This document shows positions 1-11,100 of a DNA stretch of 28,578 nucleotides, one piece after another (the first letter of the stretch is position 1; every line of letters starts with the position of its first letter). The stretch lies in contig ML002211.1 in NCBI GenBank assembly GCA_003614675.1, positions 62,001 through 90,578 on the forward strand, read 5' to 3'. Source of the DNA: Dimargaris cristalligena. Its lineage: Eukaryota. Made by a program: the position numbers and the translations under genes. The notes beneath the pieces were generated by a model. That model was not told the DNA's origin, did no database searches, and saw only the letters and a list, made by a program, of their open reading frames with translations.

Positions 1-143
1 TCAATCGATTCCTTCGCCCTACTACTTGTCGGTTATCCATCCCATTCCCCCGATCCAATACCACCTATCCACAGTTGACCCCCCAACCGCGAGGTCTATT
101 GTTCATTCGCTTCTCAGGATCTCTACTGCCTCACATGTACACC

Positions 144-1592
144 ATGTCAGACGAAGGACTGCCCGAATCGAAGCGACCCAAGCTGGCTGAAGCCGAGTCT
201 GAGACTAAGGTTGACCAAAGCAAGACCGAGACTCCAGCTGCTCCCGCCGTCGCTGCTGCCACGCCCGCCACTACCACTCAGGCCCCTCCCCCCAAGAAAG
301 ACAACCGTCCCCAATATGGCCGTAAAGGATACGCTAAACCCGTGGTGAGAGTACCCATTCCTCCCAAGGCGACCGCTGCCGGCGGCGAGAATGGCCAAAC
401 GGAAGTGACCGAAGAAGGGGGGGAAGGTCCCTCCGGCAAACGGTTACCCAAACGACGGGTGGCTCTTCTGATGGGATTCTGTGGTACGGGCTACCACGGT
501 ATGCAAGTCAACCCGGGCGCCAAGACCATCGAAAGTGAACTCTTCGGGGCGCTGGTGAAGGCCGGGGCCGTGTCATCCGACAATGCGGATAACATCCAGA
601 AGATCGGGTTCGGCCGGGCCGCCCGGACCGACAAGGGGGTCCACGCGGCGGGCCAGGTCGTTTCGTTCAAGATGATCATCGAGGACCCGGAAATTGTGGC
701 CAAAATCAACGAAGCCCTACCCCCGGCCATTCGCGTTTGGGGATTTGTGCGGACGCCCAACTCGTTCAACGCCAAAAACCTCTGCGGCTCCCGCATCTAC
801 GAATACCTGCTACCCACCCATGTGTTCCTGCCGCCCCGGCCTAAACCGGACCAGGTGCCCGATATCAAAGAGGCCGGGCCTTTACGCAGTTCGCCCGCCG
901 ATATGGCCCAACGCCGGGCTTACCGGATCGACACCGCCACGCTGACTTCGGTCCGGGAGGCCCTGCAGCAGTACGTGGGTACCCACAACTACTACAATTT
1001 CACCATCCAGAAGAAATTCAACGACCCCAGCGCCAAACGCGTCATCAAGTCGTTCGAATGCAGCGAACCCATGCTCCTCGCCGATGATACCGAATGGGTG
1101 AGTCTGAAAATTCACGGGCAGTCCTTCATGATGCACCAAATCCGGAAAATGGTAGCCCTGGTGATTCTCCTCGTTCGTTCGTCCCTACCCCTCGATTTGA
1201 TCCGCCGCTGCATGACCGCCGACCGGGTCAATATCCCCAAAGCCCCCAGTCTGGGCCTGCTATTGGACCAGGTCGTGTACGACGGCTTCAATAAACGGGC
1301 GGCCACCGAAGACCGACCCGTCATTAAATTCGACCCTTATCTCGCTGAGATTGAGGCGTTTAAGCGCCAGTACATCTACGAACCCCTGGTCCAGGAGGAA
1401 CTGCGCGACGATGTGTTTGATTCGTGGCTGTTGTTTTACGAGGCGTTCCCCGAATTCTTCCCATTCCTAAGTTCCGGAGGTACGGTTGTGGGCGAAGACA
1501 TGAAGCCCCGGTTCGCTCCGTCGGTAGAGGCCGCCGTGGCCGCAGGAATGGTGGCCGGTAATGGGTCGGACGCGGAAGCCGGGGATGATTAG
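144..1592 (+). CDS. PUS1: tRNA pseudouridine synthase, TruA family, Pus1-like (intronless)
   Basis: TruA motifs GFCGTGYHGMQ, catalytic AARTDKGVHA, Y-x-GTHNYYNFT, GQSFMMHQIRKMV and PKAPSLGLLL, all typical of eukaryotic Pus1. The ORF-track start at 75 is a TTG; ATG at 144 (accATGt context) is preferred, and ATG 135 is in frame as an alternative. Confidence 0.95.
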   Translation: MSDEGLPESKRPKLAEAESETKVDQSKTETPAAPAVAAATPATTTQAPPPKKDNRPQYGRKGYAKPVVRVPIPPKATAAGGENGQTEVTEEGGEGPSGKRLPKRRVALLMGFCGTGYHGMQVNPGAKTIESELFGALVKAGAVSSDNADNIQKIGFGRAARTDKGVHAAGQVVSFKMIIEDPEIVAKINEALPPAIRVWGFVRTPNSFNAKNLCGSRIYEYLLPTHVFLPPRPKPDQVPDIKEAGPLRSSPADMAQRRAYRIDTATLTSVREALQQYVGTHNYYNFTIQKKFNDPSAKRVIKSFECSEPMLLADDTEWVSLKIHGQSFMMHQIRKMVALVILLVRSSLPLDLIRRCMTADRVNIPKAPSLGLLLDQVVYDGFNKRAATEDRPVIKFDPYLAEIEAFKRQYIYEPLVQEELRDDVFDSWLLFYEAFPEFFPFLSSGGTVVGEDMKPRFAPSVEAAVAAGMVAGNGSDAEAGDD

Positions 1593-3130
1593 TCCGCCCA
1601 ATACCCTATTTATCCGCTCACCCCTTTCCTACGATTCCTACATACGAACACGCACTGGTTATAAGTCCTGGGGTTAAGCAAGGGGGGGGGGTGGCTATTT
1701 TAAATCGAGGGGAACGCGATCATTCTACCTTTATTACCCCTCTACCTCCTCCCAGGTATACAGCCGAACAAGTTTGTGCAAATATATACTCACCATTTTC
1801 CCCTATTAATTACACTATAGACATACCTCCTTATCTTCCTCCTGCCCCCCTATTTCCCCCCTATCCTCCGTTGGCTTCCCACTTCTAATCCACTACATGT
1901 ATCTATCTATGTGTGCTAATCATACCAGTTGAACTGCGCACACGATGGGAATATCGGTGATCCCCAATGAGTGTCCAATTGGGTGATATATACCCCCCAC
2001 CGACACATACATACGTGTCAGCGAATGGTGCAACTAAATAATTCAACGTTTGTATTATTCTCATTTGCAGATAGATACAAACCATATAAATATCCAAATT
2101 GATAAATTATTAAAAGGATCGTGTTATCTGCCTATAAGTTGAAGCCAGCTGGATAATAGAACCTACCCACTCGGACCAAATACCTGCCGAGCTGGACAAA
2201 GTACGTAATTGAACCGTTTGGTCCGCATCACCAGGCTAGTCAACTAGGGCCAGCCTACTTGACCCTTCCCGTTAAGGCCTCTGCGATTCAGCTTTGCCAC
2301 ATATTTGACCATACTTGATCATACATGTCCATGGGTATCTCTCCCCCCTCTCTTGGCTACATCCTGTCCGACGAGTTTCATATACGGCATGCTACTATTG
2401 GCCCCCTTGGCAACACCAACAGAATATACCGCTGCTATATCCATATGAACCTGGCACTTTTAGACCGAAGTGGGGCTTTCTAGTTTAACACCCCCCCCCC
2501 ACTCTATTTTTTGTCGAGTTTCTCCAACCTCGCCCTGCCCCAGCTGAGGAGATCGTGATAAATTCGAGGTGTATGTGTTCCTTTTAATCCGCCTGGCTGT
2601 ACTTAACTTGGGCCCATGTTATTGTGTATCAGACCAGTTCAATCTGAACCCCCTCAATTCACCAACCATTACATCACATCTGCAGGAGAAGGGTGTCCAA
2701 GCCATTCATTAGCCCTTTGCACCGCAATGAAAAAAGGATAGCTGCAGTATGTGGGTTGTAAACCGGTGGAAAGATCAGTGACACTCCACACCCATACCCA
2801 CCCCCTGCTCCTTGCACTTGTCAAGCTCCTTGGCACCTATCTAATGTACAATTGCAGCTGCAGGAATGACTATTATGGTCTGTCCACAAACTAATCTGCA
2901 CAGGACTACAAGTATGGGCGTAACCGGAAACCCGACTCTGCTAGAGGATGGAGGAGGAGCGTGAACTATAACCCAATTGTGATTGTTGACGTGAACCCTG
3001 TTTAGGTTTCCGTTGGCTGTATTCAACTAATGACGACCTGATCGTTCCGGGTATGGGAGTGGTTCATCCGATCCCTTCAAAAGAAAACACTACTCAGTAA
3101 GTGAGCCATATATAGATAGATAGAGACATA

Positions 3131-3138
3131 TATATAAA
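3131..3138 (+). promoter_or_regulatory. TATA box of the small secreted peptide gene
   Basis: TATATAAA about 100 nt upstream of ATG 3230. Confidence 0.55.
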
Positions 3139-3229
3139 GAGGGATAGGTTTGCTTGGCCTAAATCCATCACCACCTATCCTCTGTGCCCCAGACGCCTCA
3201 TTCCCAGTCACCCGCCGCTCGTTATCGCC

Positions 3230-3466
3230 ATGAAGTCTATCCAACTCTTTGCCGTTTTCTGCTTCACTGTGGCCGTCACCACCCTCCAAGTCCAGGCCAA
3301 ATGTTCCGGCGGCTACCGCGGCAAGCGCTCCTTGGTCGATGATTGTCGCAAAGCTGGTGGCAAATGTTGCGCTTTTGTGCCACAGGGTCAAGATGGCATT
3401 GATATCACCAGCCTGGACCCCCATGCCGCCTGTAGTTTCTGCTTCCAGTTCTACGAATATTCGTAA
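3230..3466 (+). CDS. Small secreted cysteine-rich protein (78 aa), defensin/effector-like
   Basis: Signal peptide MKSIQLFAVFCFTVAVTTLQVQA with an A-x-A-like cleavage site (VQA). Six Cys in the 55-aa mature part, C/T-ending codon bias like neighbouring genes, gccATG context, upstream TATA and downstream AATAAA (~3581). Confidence 0.8.
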   Translation: MKSIQLFAVFCFTVAVTTLQVQAKCSGGYRGKRSLVDDCRKAGGKCCAFVPQGQDGIDITSLDPHAACSFCFQFYEYS

Positions 3467-4483
3467 ACCATTCTAGAGGCTGGGTCTATAGCTACATCAC
3501 CAAAAAAACATAGGAAGACATACCACTACTATTGTTGGTGTACAACTGATTAGGGCCCCCTATCCTTCTATACCTACTTAAATAAACCATTCAAAACTAT
3601 AACGAGTGGGAGACAGTATGATCTATAGAAGTCCTTAAAATGCCATGGGTCATTTCCAACTACTAAATACTTGCTGCGTAAAGTTTGTCTGTAGAGTACG
3701 ACTTTAAATATAATTTGCCCCGGGAAGGGTGTCGGACAAACTATTCGGAAATAACCAAATATCTCAACGTTGGTAATAAAATCCTACAATCCTCAAATTA
3801 TAAAATACAGCCTTCACTTAGCCGAGGGTCTATTTGAAAAAAGGGGACTGATCTGTCCTTGGAAAAATCATAGCATCCATATTTACCACACTCCCCCCTA
3901 GGTGATAAGCAACATCTTCCCTACATATACTTACGGACGAGAATCACAGAAAAAAATGGTTTGTATTGAATCACAGCCTAATCGACTTAGGCGAGGTTAA
4001 AGCGGATTAATGACCACAAGGCAATCCACAAGAGTGATCATGACTGGGATAACGGATATAGTACTCAATGCAAAGGAAGGGTGATGGAAATTAGATAATG
4101 ATATAGTATAAATAAGGCAATTCAGCAGGAAATCAGAAACAACACTCCCAATATTGAAATTTAGAAATCAAATTGATCAGGTAGCAAAAAAAAAATACAG
4201 TCGCTTCCTAAACAAATAATAAAAGTTAAGCAGAACTAAACACAACCATGTTATGCAACAACGAAAAAGAAAAATTGGCAGCCCGCTGGTCAATAAGACC
4301 AAGTGGGCGTAATAAACGCAGAGAGGAAAAGGCGATCAACATCGACGAGCAGTGGGAAGGGGAGGATCGGATAAATAATACACAGGGGTGAATGTTTTTT
4401 GGGCCTCACCGGTTTTGAGAAAATTAAAGAAAAGATAGGGATTAGGGTGACCCTAAACCCATTGGGCTAGACAAAGTCAGGGT

Positions 4484-7400
4484 TTAATAGTTGGGGTCGC
4501 GACCACCCATGGGGCGCTGGCGGCTGGGGTCCTGGTAGGTAGGGGGTTGCTGAGCGGGGTAGCCCTGGGCGCCACCATAGGCATCCTGGTAAGGAGCCTG
4601 CTGGCTGGGATCAAGCGAGGGGAACCCACTGTTCTGGTTCATGAAATAGCTGGCGTCCATGGCACCTCCCTGGTGGGCCTGTTGCATGTGCGGGTGGCCC
4701 GGGTACATGGAGGGCGGGTTGCTATTATGGTTGCCACCACCCAGATGGGACGAGGATCCCTCATCGTAGGCATTGAGGTAATTGTAGGTGCTGGGGTCGT
4801 AGTCCATGGTGGTAGGGGCCTGGTTCAGCAACTTGGCGGTGTCGGCATCGTCGTAGAGGGGGCCGTTGGCGCTCATGGTACTATAGTTTTCGGAACCCAC
4901 AGTGGAGGAGTTGGTCTCATCCTGGCGGCGACGTTCCTTACGCTTGATGGAACGCAGGCGACGGCGTTCGTAGTCTTCCCAGCGGCGCAGAGGCACCTTG
5001 GAGCCGTCGAATTCACCTTCCTTCTTGCTATGGTCATCGCCCTTGGCTTCGCCATCAACCTTACGGGTTTCACCCCAGGAGAAATCGTCAAAGTGCCAGT
5101 AGGCGTACACGGGCAGGATGAAATTCCAGACGGGCAAGGCCAGCAGGTAGACAAACATCCAGGCCAAGTAGATCCACTTGCGGGTGGTGATGAGAATCAG
5201 GATACCGGGCAGGAACAGCACGGCGAACAGCATGATCAGGGGCAGGTAGCTAGCGAACGAGTCGTAGGCGGTACGGAACAACTGGACCAGCAGGACGAAG
5301 GTCATGGCAATAGCAACGGGAAGCACCACGGTACCGGTCAGATCCAGGAACACAACGAACTGCATAGAAAAGCAGAAAGTACCGCACAGATTGCGCACCA
5401 GCACGAGTTCCATCAGATTGTGGATAGTGGAGTTAATCCAACGACGGCGCTGGGAAAGGAGCACCTTGAATTCATCCGGGACCACCGTCTTACACACAGC
5501 CTGGGGCATGAACATCATCTTACGGTGGGGGAAGTTACGCAGCATGAGGGTAGTCAGGAAACGATCCTCACCGAGAAGTAGCAAGTTCTTTTCGTGCAGA
5601 GTGTGGACGACGTTCTGGGAGTATTCCTGGATGATCTCGGGCTTGGTGATGATGGGAACCCAGTCGCTCTCACCCTTTGGCGCCTTCAGACGGTACATGC
5701 AGAAACAGCCAGGCAGACAGGTCACACCACCGAACACCGATTCGAAGGCCTTACCCAGGTGATGGGAGATGTAGTATTCGTAGACCTGGATCCAGGTCAC
5801 CCAGGACTCACGCTTGTTGGCGATCTTGGTCTCACCGCACAAACCCATAATCAGGGGGTCGTTGTTCATGCAGTTCACCAGTAGACGGAGCGAGTCGGGA
5901 TACACCTTGGTATCGGCATCCACCATAAGTACGATTTCGAACAGGTCGGGGGTAACGCCCATAAGGTGGTGGACCTTGCGGAACAAGTCGTAGTCCAGGG
6001 GAGTCATGCGGTCGTTGTAGATGACGCGGCTGAAGAAGTTCATCAGGATAATCTGCGAGTCACGCTTACCACGGTTACCGGCCTTGGGCTTGTCCTGTTC
6101 GGCGGGACCACCGCACTTGACGACAACAACGGTGGGAATGCGACGGTTCTTGTACGGATAGTGACCGGCGTAGACCTTGGCCATGTTCAGCTGCTTGCCA
6201 CCATCAGCGATGGCAATGTAGCTGCAGGGTTGGGGGTCAGCGAACAAGGGGTCCACTTCGATCAAATCCACACAAATCTCAGGGGTGCTGCGGTCGTTGC
6301 CACTACCGGTAATCATACCGTCGGCGATGATGAACAACAGCTTACGAGAGTCACTATAGTCAGTAGAAGCCAGAGACTCGACGGTGGTGCGAATAGAGTC
6401 CTCACCCTCAGAGTAACAGGTAACGAGGAGCAACGTAAACAATTCATCGCTGGCGGCGTCGCTCTGGATGATAGCACCGGAAGTGGTGTTGTTCTTCTTG
6501 GCCCAGGGAGTGGAGCTCGAAGCCATGATGGGCTTGGCGCCGGTCTTACGGCGAACCAGCTGGAAGGAGAGGATCCAGGAGAAGGTCAGGGCCATAAAGA
6601 ATTTGATTAAAACCAGACCCAGAATAACCACCAGGGCGACGTAGTTGAAAAGATTGACGGCGAAACAACCCATAGTGGACTTGGCCAGCTTGCCAGCGAA
6701 ATACTTTTGAGTGAGACAGGGGATGAGGGCCTTAAGGCTATCGGTTCGGTAAAAGAGTAGGGTGGCATCAAAGTGGTCGTACTCGGCAGCGATACGGATG
6801 GCCTGGTCCACGGGGTCGTCGGTGATGGGGTTGGTGGTGATGTTGAGGTAGGGAGTCAGATTAAGGACGTTACCATCAACCACAAACGAGCCCTTCGAGA
6901 CGTTGTCCCACCCCCAACCGATGAGGCGGACCTCGTCCTTGATCCAGCCTTGGGCGATAGCGTCGGTGATGGTTGGGAAAGGACACCCGCCAAGGCCGTT
7001 GTTAGCGTCACAGGTATCCAGACGGACAGCAGCATACTTCTGTTCAAAGCTCTGACAGTCGGTGGGCTGGACGCGAACGAACAAATTGGTAAGGTCCTCA
7101 CCGGCCGTGGGCTTGGGGTCCCTGGGGTAGTTTTCAGGCGTGATGGTATAAGCACGACCCAGATAGTTGACAGTGTTGGTCATACCGGGGCTGATTTCGA
7201 GGACGTTGTCCTGAACTTGAACGTCGGTTGAGCGGCAGAAGGTGGTGGTGAAGAATAGGGTGAGGTAGACGACGGCGGCACAGATGAGACAGATGATGAA
7301 GCACAGGGCGAACTTCTCCCGCCAGGCCTGCTGCATAGACTTGTCGCCCATACCGAGTTTGGCCAAGATAAAGCCGGGGCACCAGAAGGAGACGACTTTG

Positions 7401-7552
7401 GCGAAGATGGGCCAAACTCCGCCGGACTTTTCGCCGTGACCAGTGACCATACGGTCGGGAGCCTGCTGGCGCTCGGGACGGATGAGGGTTTTGCCTCGGC
7501 GGAGAGTGCCACCGCGGGCACCCTGGCCGCCTTCTAGGTTAGGATTGTACAT
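4484..7552 (-). CDS. CHS3: Chitin synthase, division 2 / class IV (Chs3-like), 1022 aa, intronless
   Basis: GT2 chitin synthase motifs VTCYSEG, GNRGKRDSQ, LMVDADT, CLPGCF, GEDRFLT, QRRRWINST and WHFDDFSWGETR. N-terminal RRGKTLIRPER, QQAWREK plus a TM helix, and a cytochrome-b5-like segment (VVDGNVLNLTPY). No myosin motor domain. Confidence 0.93.
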   Translation of the reverse strand: MYNPNLEGGQGARGGTLRRGKTLIRPERQQAPDRMVTGHGEKSGGVWPIFAKVVSFWCPGFILAKLGMGDKSMQQAWREKFALCFIICLICAAVVYLTLFFTTTFCRSTDVQVQDNVLEISPGMTNTVNYLGRAYTITPENYPRDPKPTAGEDLTNLFVRVQPTDCQSFEQKYAAVRLDTCDANNGLGGCPFPTITDAIAQGWIKDEVRLIGWGWDNVSKGSFVVDGNVLNLTPYLNITTNPITDDPVDQAIRIAAEYDHFDATLLFYRTDSLKALIPCLTQKYFAGKLAKSTMGCFAVNLFNYVALVVILGLVLIKFFMALTFSWILSFQLVRRKTGAKPIMASSSTPWAKKNNTTSGAIIQSDAASDELFTLLLVTCYSEGEDSIRTTVESLASTDYSDSRKLLFIIADGMITGSGNDRSTPEICVDLIEVDPLFADPQPCSYIAIADGGKQLNMAKVYAGHYPYKNRRIPTVVVVKCGGPAEQDKPKAGNRGKRDSQIILMNFFSRVIYNDRMTPLDYDLFRKVHHLMGVTPDLFEIVLMVDADTKVYPDSLRLLVNCMNNDPLIMGLCGETKIANKRESWVTWIQVYEYYISHHLGKAFESVFGGVTCLPGCFCMYRLKAPKGESDWVPIITKPEIIQEYSQNVVHTLHEKNLLLLGEDRFLTTLMLRNFPHRKMMFMPQAVCKTVVPDEFKVLLSQRRRWINSTIHNLMELVLVRNLCGTFCFSMQFVVFLDLTGTVVLPVAIAMTFVLLVQLFRTAYDSFASYLPLIMLFAVLFLPGILILITTRKWIYLAWMFVYLLALPVWNFILPVYAYWHFDDFSWGETRKVDGEAKGDDHSKKEGEFDGSKVPLRRWEDYERRRLRSIKRKERRRQDETNSSTVGSENYSTMSANGPLYDDADTAKLLNQAPTTMDYDPSTYNYLNAYDEGSSSHLGGGNHNSNPPSMYPGHPHMQQAHQGGAMDASYFMNQNSGFPSLDPSQQAPYQDAYGGAQGYPAQQPPTYQDPSRQRPMGGRDPNY

Positions 7553-8140
7553 GGTAGGGTTCGCTAAAGGAGCGGTGGGAAAGATATAAAAAAAACCTAA
7601 ACGGATGAAGGGGTTGGGGAAGGGGAAAGGGTGGCTGCAAGCTATAGGAAGCGGCAGAACAAAAATAGAAGCAAGGTCGAAAGGCTGGGAAAGACCAAAA
7701 CAAAGACCAGGCGCCGGTGGATATAAAGAAGAGCAGGCTGGTTATTCAAAAAAGAAGAAGGCAAGAACCAACCGAGCGGACTCTGAAACAGCAATGAGGT
7801 CAAGACAGAGGAGACAGCGTAGCGTAGCGCAAAGAGAAGAGGATAGAAGAAAGAAAAGGGAGGAAAATTAGCGGGAGATAAAGGGGTTAGAGGAAAGAAG
7901 GGCTAACTGGCATTCCAAGACTGAAATACAGCAACCAGGGCAAGTGGTACAGAGTTAACGGAAGGAAGAGGCCGACTCGACAATAGAAATGGCTCACACA
8001 AGGGGAAACCAACCGAGGATAAGAGTGGGAAAGGGGACGAAAAGGAATGTTTGGATTGCGAAATGAAAATGAGTGTGAATGTGGTCGAGTGGGTGTGCGA
8101 AGAGTAAGTGGCCACTGAAGGGGTGGGCGACCGCCTCAGC

Positions 8141-8147
8141 TTATATA
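8141..8147 (-). promoter_or_regulatory. Candidate TATA box of chitin synthase, ahead of a long pyrimidine-rich 5' leader
   Basis: TATATAA on the minus strand, followed by ~550 nt of C/T-rich (minus strand) sequence up to ATG 7552. Confidence 0.4.
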
Positions 8148-11100
8148 TCTCCGCTGGTGCCGGAGGGACCCGGTCGGAGAGCCGGGAACCCCTGCACTCC
8201 CCCCCCTCCCTCCCTTCTTCCTTAGCATTTCATCTGTATCAAACAGCCCAAGGAAAGGGGATGAGAACAAGTGCTATTGTTGCCCATCGAACTATATATC
8301 CAGAACAAAAGGCCGGTTCCCGGCCGTGTACTTGACATTGTATGCGCCGAAGTTGATTGTTAGGTTTTATAGCCCTGTCCACTCCCCCTCCCTCCCTCCT
8401 TCAACTTTACACCATGCCATTCCAGACCAGACCAGCCATCTATCCACTAGGGGGGTGGGGACCAGGGGGGTGGTGGGCGCATACAGCCTGTATGCTAGTG
8501 GGCCCCGCGTCCTATTATCCCCCATCAATCTTACTCGCATACACTCGGACTGTATTGCTCTACATTATTCTATTGGTGGCCCTCTAACCATCCCAGCCGC
8601 TGGCGGCAGTAGGGAAAGGCGAACCGGAACGAGAGTGGCCACATCTTGAGTAAAATAAATAGTATATTCTCCCTTCTTAACTCACCTCAACTCCCCTTCC
8701 TCTTTCTCATCCCAATTATAGCCGCTGTTGCCACCTCAGATGATGGATTAGTTGCACAATACACACCCTCTAAAAGCCATTGTTCATGCATCGTTACTCC
8801 GCTGGATAATTGTTGAGGATCTGTGCGCGGAGTTGGAATCGCGACAACTCCGCTTCCCACTCGATAACTCGGCGACGCGTCCTAGCTAAGTCACTGTCCA
8901 GAATACGGATACTTCCTCCAGTCCCATGCGTCCATGTACTTCCGGAATACCTGACCGCCGGTATTATTGCGGCTGGGCAGGGTGTCCGAAAATGAACCTC
9001 TACAGTCAGCTGCACCCACATGTCGAACATTCCTGCATAGTATGCACCTCCTATTAATGAATCCAGCCTAAAATGGGCCATTCCAAGAAATTCCCCGTGG
9101 CTTCCCTTAGCTGGCTTAGTGATGCTATAATCATCTTATATTTGCCCCGAATTTTAAAAAACTTAGGTTTAGCGTCGATTTTCACACCACTAACCTCCTG
9201 CAGCCATTTTATGCGCTGGTATCCCCCTATGCACTACACCAATTTCGCTGACATATTCCGCGTTTCGCCTAATTACTGGAAATGCACCGCATAAAGACGA
9301 TCTGGCATTGAGGGGGAGATGTCTTTGGCCAGTGGTTTTCTTGAAGTAATGCTATGGGTAAAAGAACCATCACTAACCTTATCCGCGATGGCTAGTGTCC
9401 AATCATCTCGGTAGTCGTGAATCCTGCTGTAGCTACCCCTCTTACTTAATAGATCCCTCAGCTTTATATGATTACATAGGTGTTGTTGACCCCTTCCCTC
9501 ACCTCCACTTAAATGGCATTTGTTTAATAGCTGATCCCCTTCAAACCAACCGCATATTCGGAGTGGAGCCGGCCTATCGGCTACATATACTCGGGGCTGT
9601 CTTATATTCCAAGGTAGGCCCAGAATATTAGGCATATAACCAAGGATATTATAGTACATCAGCAGCATAAAAAAACTGTCCACCAGAAGTGGATAATGAT
9701 GGCAATGGTGGATACTTTTCTTTCCCCATCCAGTCCTCAGCCAATTCTCAATTTTTATTGGCCAATTGGACGAAAGGCGTAGAAGGATTGCTTACCAATA
9801 ACAGAGTGATTGACACCCCGCCATTCCAATAAGACACTGCATCGGTTTTTTTTCTCTAAGCAGGCCATTGGGTAGCCAGTTCGCCCAGCACTCACCAGTT
9901 ACAATGACCGCTTACTTTCTTTCGTATTCATTCCATGGTTGTTCTTAATTTCCATTGACAAAGGTGATGTCCCCTATTAAGCGCGTATCTTGTTACACGT
10001 AGGCCGGGTGGGACTAGCATGTAGAGTATACGGAATAACATATTTTGGTATGTTGGTTTATAAAGACATGGATAACCCTGGGCGACGTGTGCCATTTCTT
10101 CGTTTTGCCCCGCATTGATCCATTTAGTCGACCAAACTAGTAACTACTCAGCACCTGCCCACTTAATGAAATTATATTCCAAGTGCCTAGCTGCTGTAAT
10201 ATTACTAGACATTTCAGTACGGTTCCTACCTGTTGGCGTAGCTCTTGCCATACAATTCCATTAAGCGGGTCATACAACATACACGCTGTTCAGACAACCA
10301 GTTTCTTCCCTCTGGTTTTATCACTAGCATTATATTGAGAAATTGAGCTTACTCATTCCATTGGCCCCATTGTCTAGATTCCAACAAATTCTTCGATCAT
10401 ATATTTCTTTACTATCATGCGCGTACCCTTAATTAGTTTGCCACTTAATAACGTGATGTACCCATTATCCCTTCAAACAATCGGGAACTACTTATACACT
10501 TACATAAGCATCAACGCTTTTCCAAGGCATTATTGTTCTCCAATCGAGCCCTCTGGATCACAACTATCCCGTTAGTCACGCTTATTAAAACGCCGCCGGT
10601 TATTGTGCCATTCGGTATAGCACAATGTTCCTTTGGAACCTTTATTGGTTTGACAATACGAATTATCCTGCACCCTTCATCTCTCACTAGCACCCTCTCT
10701 TGCTGAGTAACACCTTACCACAGTTTATATATACTACTTCGTAACTGCCCATATGCTATCATCAGGGCCAGATAGAGGATGCCTTGCGTGACTTTAATAC
10801 ATACATATATGTATTATTTTTTCTTTTTTTTTCATTGCATTACTGTGGTACCCAAAACATCGCAGGCGCGCTACGGTCACTCAAAGCGCTCCAGAATGCT
10901 TTGGCCCCATTTCCTCTTTGGCCAAGCAGGTCTAATTCAACTTAAGCAGACTTAGAGATGCCCTGGCTTAGCACATGGCCATTTTACCGCTTTGTTGTCG
11001 AATTCATTCCCATGTGCCCATCTACTTGATCAGCCTCAATAGCTATAACACAGCCATTCGTATCCAGTTTTTATTAATCCCTCTCGCTACTGACAAACTT

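Noticed and set aside
75-143. N-terminal extension of Pus1 from the TTG at 75
   Set aside because: Non-ATG start in a eukaryote, and good ATGs exist at 135 and 144. A targeting extension cannot be excluded but has no support.
2239-2263. GTCAA-C-TAGG...CCTA-C-TTGAC hairpin recalling IS200/IS605 (IscB/TnpB) ends
   Set aside because: Short, imperfect stem with no nuclease or transposase ORF and no second end nearby.
4547-7231. Long + strand ORFs (344, 96, 214, 152 aa) antisense to chitin synthase
   Set aside because: They share the codon-register antisense frame of a codon-biased gene that rarely uses TTA/CTA/TCA, and the translations have no recognisable features.
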